This document shows, piece by piece, positions 58,336 through 64,000 of a stretch of DNA of 64,000 bases. Source of the stretch: a virus (lineage: Duplodnaviria; Caudoviricetes); IMG/VR virus record IMGVR_UViG_3300014000_000001, positions 1 through 64,000 of that record. One strand, given 5' to 3'. The position numbers and the translations under genes are program-made. Numbering within the stretch: position 1 is the stretch's first letter; each line of letters starts with the position of its first letter. Below the pieces are notes generated by a model. It was not told the origin of the DNA. It was given only the letters and a program-made list of their open reading frames with translations, and searched no databases.

Positions 58336-58851
58336 ATGCAAAAATTAACAATCGAATATATCGAGTCTTTAATCGATCACGAATCATTCCAACATGAACC
58401 TAAAGTCATGATTTGCAAACTTCATGTAGGTGAATCTGTTTTTGTTGGGGAAGCTCATTGTTTTGATCAAGCTCAACAAAATATCTCACGTGCGAAAGGA
58501 TCAGCGCGTCGTAACGCCATTGATAAAATCTTTGCTGCTGAAGCTTATCACCTTAAACGTGAACGCGATGCACTTAATATCCAATATGGTATTAAACATC
58601 TCCAAATCTATAAGGGATTGATGCGTCAGGGTGTTGTACTGCGTCTTACATCTGTTAACCCTATGGAATTGAACCCAGGTAAACATATCTTTACATTTGA
58701 GATCATTTCACACCACGGAACTAAATCCTCACTTGACACCGTTGTAGATTGCAATTTTGATATCAGCGTAGCGGAGCAACTACAGGCGCTCATTCAAGAG
58801 CATTACAAAAATATAAGAGATAGTGAAGGTGGTGAACAGGCATCAGCATAA
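58336..58851 (+). CDS. N4 gp49 / Sf6 gp66-family domain fused to an unknown C-terminal domain
   Basis: LTIEYIESLI...MICKL....FVGEAHC...ARRNAIDKIFAAEAYHLK. Confidence 0.6.
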   Translation: MQKLTIEYIESLIDHESFQHEPKVMICKLHVGESVFVGEAHCFDQAQQNISRAKGSARRNAIDKIFAAEAYHLKRERDALNIQYGIKHLQIYKGLMRQGVVLRLTSVNPMELNPGKHIFTFEIISHHGTKSSLDTVVDCNFDISVAEQLQALIQEHYKNIRDSEGGEQASA

Positions 58852-58855
58852 ATGA

Positions 58856-58891
58856 AATGTTCTCTCCCTAGGGAGAGAACATTCTTTTTTT
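58856..58891. terminator. bidirectional terminator (CCTAGG palindrome)
   Basis: AATGTTCTCTCCCT|AGGGAGAGAACATT + T-run. Confidence 0.8.
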
Positions 58892-58894
58892 GAC

Positions 58895-59761
58895 TTAAAG
58901 TGTAATTGCTTGATTGCCTAAGCGATGTACTTGATCCACATAACCAGCTTCTTGAGCTTGGATGTTGGCATCGATGAAATCCACAGCAGCAGGTTGGTAC
59001 TGAGGGTTTGCACCTGTATGATCGATTGCATCAAGGAACTTTTGACCTAATGCAATCACACCATAACCACGCTGAGTTAATGCAGTGAATTCAATAGTGA
59101 TATCACGACCTTGTTTAGCTGAAACCAATTCACGAAGTGATTCACGATCTCCAGCGCTCATTGCAAACATGTTTGCACAAAGGTAAGCATCCACACATCG
59201 TGTACCAGTACGATCTGGTTCAACAAACAATGTCACGAAACGTGTCATGTCCGCAAGCAATGTGGTGATATCAAAACCTTCGGCAATAATGTTTGGATAC
59301 TTAGAGTTTGCATCCATACCAAGGTTTTCAATATTCCATTCCCAGAAACGACCAATCGGACATCCTTCAAGCTCATGCCATGTATAAGATGGCGCTGAAC
59401 GTTCACGAGTGACGTTAGTCAATTCTTGTTGAATCTCACCAGCACCACCAACTTCTACAGACAACCATTCTGTTGCGATAGTTGAACGTAAACCGTTAAT
59501 AGTTTTCGCGTTGACTTCAATCAAGGATTTCAACATACGCACCAATACATCACGTGTTTCGCGATCGTACAAGTCATATGCTTTTGGATATTGCATCAAG
59601 AATGGGATCAGGTCATGACCAACATAAGGGGTGTTGTTAATGTAATTCCCAATGTCAATCATGAAACCAAACTGACCACCTTTCGAACCATCCACTGCGT
59701 ATGCTTGGGTGCCCCGAAGATAAGCTTGGTTATGCAAGAGATTTTTTGCAAAGTTAGCCAT
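58895..59761 (-). CDS. tail tube protein (phiKZ gp30-like)
   Basis: GGQFG, INGL.S, VGGAGE, NVTRERSAP, LFVEPD, AYLCANMF; downstream of sheath. Confidence 0.8.
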   Translation of the reverse strand: MANFAKNLLHNQAYLRGTQAYAVDGSKGGQFGFMIDIGNYINNTPYVGHDLIPFLMQYPKAYDLYDRETRDVLVRMLKSLIEVNAKTINGLRSTIATEWLSVEVGGAGEIQQELTNVTRERSAPSYTWHELEGCPIGRFWEWNIENLGMDANSKYPNIIAEGFDITTLLADMTRFVTLFVEPDRTGTRCVDAYLCANMFAMSAGDRESLRELVSAKQGRDITIEFTALTQRGYGVIALGQKFLDAIDHTGANPQYQPAAVDFIDANIQAQEAGYVDQVHRLGNQAITL

Positions 59762-59791
59762 AATCATTTATCCTATGGAGTTTTAATCTTT

Positions 59792-59824
59792 AAAAAAAGA
59801 AGGAGGATTAATCCTCCTTCTTTT
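59792..59824 (-). terminator. palindromic hairpin between sheath and tube
   Basis: AAAAGAAGGAGGATT|AATCCTCCTTCTTTT. Confidence 0.65.
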
Positions 59825-59826
59825 CA

Positions 59827-62190
59827 TTATGCTGCTGGAGCTAAAAGACCTTGCATCGCAGTCAATTGATCAAGCGTGTAACCATGGACAGAATACGTAA
59901 GTTTAGTACGCATTGAACCAATTCCGATATGGAATTTAAGGTTACCAGAGTAATGACGTGCTTTGTCAGCTTCTGATAGATCAGCCACAGGAATGATACG
60001 AATGTCAGATGGGAACACACCAGTGATCAAACGCAATGCCTCAGTTTCTAGATCTTGTTTAAACTGAAGATCAGTTTTGTTTTCACCCGAAATAGAACGC
60101 CATACTTCCATACCGAAGTAGTGACACTTAGATGCCACCATCATGAAACGAGCACTCGCAAGTACTGAGTCTTTGTACGGATAAATGGTTTGCATTGCAG
60201 GCCAGAAATCATCAGAGGTGTCATGCGAACGAAGGAAGTTCATCCCAGCATCCCATGCCTGATCATAGCCTTCATCTTCACGCCAATGATAAACCATGTT
60301 CTTCAAGAACTGAGGTTTACGGTTATCGTTTTCAGTGAAGTCATTTGCTGGTTCCCAAGCCGTAACTTGAGTATAGCTGTTCATGGCAAGACCACGATCA
60401 TAAGAGCCAGGAAGCGGATGATTGTATTCTTCATCCACATCATCCCCACTACTACCACAAACAACCACACGCATTACTGGTGTGCCGAAGAAAGTAGATT
60501 CAGGGAACAAGCTGTAATGGGTTTTGATTTTGGTAGCAAGCGCAAGATCTTGATCGGCAGTAAGTTCATCTTGCCAATTCCAGTTATCAAGTAAGGTACT
60601 TGACATCTCTTTATTAGCATCAGTAACTTTACCACGATAAACAGGACCAATATCAACTGGCAACACACCCTTTTCAGCAACAGATTTCGTACCGATAACA
60701 AGCCATACATCTGGACGAGCTGTTAAAATAGCACTTGCTGCTAATTTGGTTTCCATTGACCAGCCAGAATCAATGAAGTTGGTGATTGGGTAACGTAAGA
60801 TGTCTTTTAAGGTATCTTCACCTTTACCGAAGTTAGTAAGGTTAGCACGCACCGCATCATCAAACACTTTAGCATTTAATAGTTCAGCAGGTGAACCATC
60901 AGCTAAATACCAAAGACCATCATCACCACCAGAAGCGTAATGTGTTGCAGTTTCATCAATGATGATACCACCGAACAACAATGAATCAGCAACACTTAAA
61001 GTGTAATATGGAACATTGTTAATGTCTTTAGCGGTTAAGAAGTTCAAGTAACCGTAGTTGTTTGAATTTCCGAAAGCAAAGTCAGCAGTACGACCATAAT
61101 CCATGGCATCTGCATCGTAGTCACGTTCACCTTTAATCGCGATATCGTTACCATCGCTATCAGTGTAAATATAACCTTCAGATAAAATTTGTTGAATTTC
61201 ATTCACATTCTTTTCATAAACGTGAACGTCCCCGAAAGGACCCCAAATCGGTGTAAGTTCTTTGGTTTCTTTACGAGAATAACTTTCAACAAAACGACGA
61301 GCTAAACTGATGTTCTTGCCCGTAATCACATCTGATGCACGTGACTTAAAGTATAAATCCTGAGTGTAGTCAGAATCTATTTTAGCCACAGGTGATGGAG
61401 TTGAATTTGCATCATCGCGTTCCATTACGGTAACACGTAATGGGAATGCGCGGTTCTTCACTACATTAGATGCATCCGCTGGATTGGCTTGCATCAGTGT
61501 AGGCACAGATAAACGTAACCCTAGGTTATCCCCATAGTTACCTTCTGAATCAACCAAGAAATCTGCAATCGGGAATAAACGTGATTTAGGATGTTCTTTA
61601 GATCCATCGGCGCGAGTGATTTCGCCAAGGAATTTATTACCAACGGTTACCGAACCATCACGGTAGTCATCAACAATATTACCCTGTTTGAATGTTTGAG
61701 CATCACCCAAATAACCACCAACACCAACATGCAATACTGCGCGTGTAGATTGGATTGTACCCAACACTACTGGAGTGCTAATCCCTGTACCCGAATCAGT
61801 CGTCATTTTAATTGTACCGTCTGAGTTTCGATCATACAACGGATTGTCCGATGCGATGAGCTCAACACTCAAACGTAGAAGTGCCTTTTTAGCATCTTCT
61901 GGAATAATACGCTTAACCAAAGACGGAACACCCAAAGAGGTATTCTTGGCGAGCAGTTTATTCGCGTGTGTGAAATAAGGAGAATCTTTTTGGAAACTTT
62001 CCGCACCATAAAGGACACTAGCACCAGTGGTACTAATGGTAGCTTTGCTACGCCCTTTTTTAGCGAGGATCGGAATGTACGATAACGTCATTGAAGAACG
62101 TTTCGGTTCCGCAGTTACAACGGTACGGCTGTTGTCCTGAGTTCCTTGAGAATATCCTCCTGGAGTAGAAGTTGTTGAAAAACTACTCAT
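59827..62190 (-). CDS. contractile tail sheath protein (phiKZ gp29-like)
   Basis: QGTQDNS, LYG.ESF, GGDDG, IDSGW, FPESTFFGTPVMR, PAMQTIY..DSVL; GGAGG SD. Confidence 0.85.
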   Translation of the reverse strand: MSSFSTTSTPGGYSQGTQDNSRTVVTAEPKRSSMTLSYIPILAKKGRSKATISTTGASVLYGAESFQKDSPYFTHANKLLAKNTSLGVPSLVKRIIPEDAKKALLRLSVELIASDNPLYDRNSDGTIKMTTDSGTGISTPVVLGTIQSTRAVLHVGVGGYLGDAQTFKQGNIVDDYRDGSVTVGNKFLGEITRADGSKEHPKSRLFPIADFLVDSEGNYGDNLGLRLSVPTLMQANPADASNVVKNRAFPLRVTVMERDDANSTPSPVAKIDSDYTQDLYFKSRASDVITGKNISLARRFVESYSRKETKELTPIWGPFGDVHVYEKNVNEIQQILSEGYIYTDSDGNDIAIKGERDYDADAMDYGRTADFAFGNSNNYGYLNFLTAKDINNVPYYTLSVADSLLFGGIIIDETATHYASGGDDGLWYLADGSPAELLNAKVFDDAVRANLTNFGKGEDTLKDILRYPITNFIDSGWSMETKLAASAILTARPDVWLVIGTKSVAEKGVLPVDIGPVYRGKVTDANKEMSSTLLDNWNWQDELTADQDLALATKIKTHYSLFPESTFFGTPVMRVVVCGSSGDDVDEEYNHPLPGSYDRGLAMNSYTQVTAWEPANDFTENDNRKPQFLKNMVYHWREDEGYDQAWDAGMNFLRSHDTSDDFWPAMQTIYPYKDSVLASARFMMVASKCHYFGMEVWRSISGENKTDLQFKQDLETEALRLITGVFPSDIRIIPVADLSEADKARHYSGNLKFHIGIGSMRTKLTYSVHGYTLDQLTAMQGLLAPAA

Positions 62191-62301
62191 GTTTTCCTCC
62201 CGAAGTATTTTTTTGCAAAAAAATGCTGAATCGTATGTAATCTGTAATATATTACATATGTTACATCATATTATTATTAAGCTTATACTGGAGTTTTTGA
62301 G

Positions 62302-63195
62302 ATGCTAAATCAACCTCAAGAAGCCACTTCTTGCCGTTTTAATAAGATCGAATCTATTATTCGAGAGTTGGAACAATATAAACTTAGCTCAGACTCTAGC
62401 CAACTCGTTGGTTATAATAATGCGTTAGGGCATCCTTTATATGTTCTTGTGGCTGGAACTGGTTGTCGTGCAAAACCTTTTGGGTATCCCATTAAGGTTA
62501 ATTTCGGTGGAACTGATGCCTATGTAGTTGATGCTCGTACGGTAACTTCAGTATCAGGGATGTTTGGATTTAAAATCACTAATCCGTCTGATTATGAGTT
62601 GTTAGTTTTAATCGGATTGATGAGTGCTATCTGGGATTCTAGTGATCGCCGCTTAGTGGCTAACCTAGCTACCCAACTTTCACCAATATATGCAACATGG
62701 TTATCGTCTACTATTTCAGCGGCATTCAATTTACAAATTGATCAACGTACTGAAGTTTCAATTTTATCTGCTTATTATTTCTGGACTCAGTTAGATATCG
62801 AAGATAATGTAGATCGAATCGCATCACGGATTGCGGTGGATCTAAAACTCGAATTTGATCGAGTGATTGAAGTGGTTGAAAACGCTGGGGAAATTAAAGA
62901 CCTTGAAGGTTTCGTGAATGCGTTAAAAGCCTCGGCTGCTGGATTAAGGCTTGATAAAGTTGATGTTGCAACTATTTATCAGGTTAGTACGGGTGTGTGG
63001 ACTGGTGCGTTGGGTCGTTCAACAATGGAGATTGCAATTGAATTTCCTCCGTATATTGTTGCGCTAACGACACTTTCTTTAGCTGATAAGAGCTATCGTC
63101 GCACACGTTTTCATGAATACGTAACGTTGTTTGATCGTCGTCCTGAAATTAAACAACTTCCTGAATCAATTGCTCATTTAAGCAAGAAGTGGTAA
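62302..63195 (+). CDS. virion structural protein (phiKZ gp28 position)
   Basis: Divergent from sheath; AIEFPP motif. Confidence 0.6.
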   Translation: MLNQPQEATSCRFNKIESIIRELEQYKLSSDSSQLVGYNNALGHPLYVLVAGTGCRAKPFGYPIKVNFGGTDAYVVDARTVTSVSGMFGFKITNPSDYELLVLIGLMSAIWDSSDRRLVANLATQLSPIYATWLSSTISAAFNLQIDQRTEVSILSAYYFWTQLDIEDNVDRIASRIAVDLKLEFDRVIEVVENAGEIKDLEGFVNALKASAAGLRLDKVDVATIYQVSTGVWTGALGRSTMEIAIEFPPYIVALTTLSLADKSYRRTRFHEYVTLFDRRPEIKQLPESIAHLSKKW

Positions 63196-63209
63196 TGAGG
63201 AGATAACTC

Positions 63210-64000
63210 ATGGACTTCGTTGTTCAACATGCATTAGATAATGTTTGGGCCGAAGATATCCAAGATAAAGATTACTACATCAGACCAACGCGAATCACCC
63301 CTAACGGTGGTTCGCTCAAATATGCAGAAGTTGGAATGGTGAGTGTGGGTTTACCAAACGTCAACGTTATTGGTTCCAAAGTCTTTTATCATGTTTATCA
63401 TATCGGTCAGTTACCTCCTCAACTTTTAGGCATTGATATTGTTGAGAATCGTTGGATTACAATTGATGAAATAGCGGATAAACTTGAATGTTACGTTAAT
63501 GTCTTTTTAGATAATGGTTATGTTGTGCCTAGAAGTAAGTGTCATTTACTTAGAATGTGGCCTGGAAAAAACGTAATCATGGCAATCGAATATGTACCTC
63601 AATTCGATTTTGGTTATCAGCTTACAGTCGATGCTGGCACTAATGCTTCTAGACGAATACCTAACACCTTAAACAATCAAGATATCAACATTAGGTTCTA
63701 TACCAATGCTCGTTTCTTTGCCTCAGATCGAAGAGATAATGCAATCAATGCTGACAATCAGATGTACTTCCAAACAGAACCCTATACCAATGCAGTTCTA
63801 ACTAGAATTAAAAACAACAAAAACAATAAACAAGTTCCGCAAGGTTGGTTTGTTGCTGCTGGAAAGGTTTATAATTATGCAGCGATTGTAGATCAGTTTT
63901 TCAATCTGCAAAATCAGGAAATCTCAGTATATCGAGATGAGACAATTTTGGATATTGAATATTTTAAACTACAAGATATGGTTACCTTTATTTCTGATCG
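63210..64000 (+). CDS. virion structural/baseplate protein (phiKZ gp27 position), 3'-truncated
   Basis: GAGGAG SD; MDFVVQHALDNVWAEDIQDKDYYIRPTRITP...FYHVYHIGQL; not in ORF track, consistent with running off the window end. Confidence 0.65.
   Translation, partial: MDFVVQHALDNVWAEDIQDKDYYIRPTRITPNGGSLKYAEVGMVSVGLPNVNVIGSKVFYHVYHIGQLPPQLLGIDIVENRWITIDEIADKLECYVNVFLDNGYVVPRSKCHLLRMWPGKNVIMAIEYVPQFDFGYQLTVDAGTNASRRIPNTLNNQDINIRFYTNARFFASDRRDNAINADNQMYFQTEPYTNAVLTRIKNNKNNKQVPQGWFVAAGKVYNYAAIVDQFFNLQNQEISVYRDETILDIEYFKLQDMVTFISD

Noticed and set aside
1-64000. CRISPR array, tRNA/rRNA genes, inteins, stop-codon recoding
   Set aside because: No regularly spaced repeats, cloverleaf or intein termini seen by eye; long genes are intact under the standard code and TAA, TAG and TGA all end genes

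Overview
AT-rich 64-kb segment of a phiKZ-like (nucleus-forming type) jumbo myovirus, standard genetic code. Core genes recognised from protein motifs: three virion RNA polymerase subunits (phiKZ gp149-, gp178- and gp180-like), head maturation protease, tail sheath and tube, a 2919-aa gp181-like tail/lysin protein, RNase H, a UvsX/RecA-like ATPase and DHFR. These sit between islands of small accessory genes, several preceded by a conserved AT-rich promoter-like motif. The best-supported hidden feature is a 485-nt ORF-less group I intron (46110-46594, IA2-like) inserted in the catalytic DxDGD motif of the beta'-like subunit; splicing joins an exon absent from the ORF track and restores GGD|YDGD. 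Other highlights: a structured ~240-nt locus encoding a 32-aa hydrophobic peptide with a sequestered SD (type I toxin-antitoxin-like), two candidate anti-defence nucleotide-sponge domains fused into larger proteins (Tad2/DUF2829-like and N4 gp49/Acb4-like), a tail protein with both GH19 and CHAP-like domains, a possible K-[LM]-E head-protease cleavage motif, and seven perfect CCTAGG-centred palindromes. Family assignments come from by-eye motif recognition and synteny; no database search was run.
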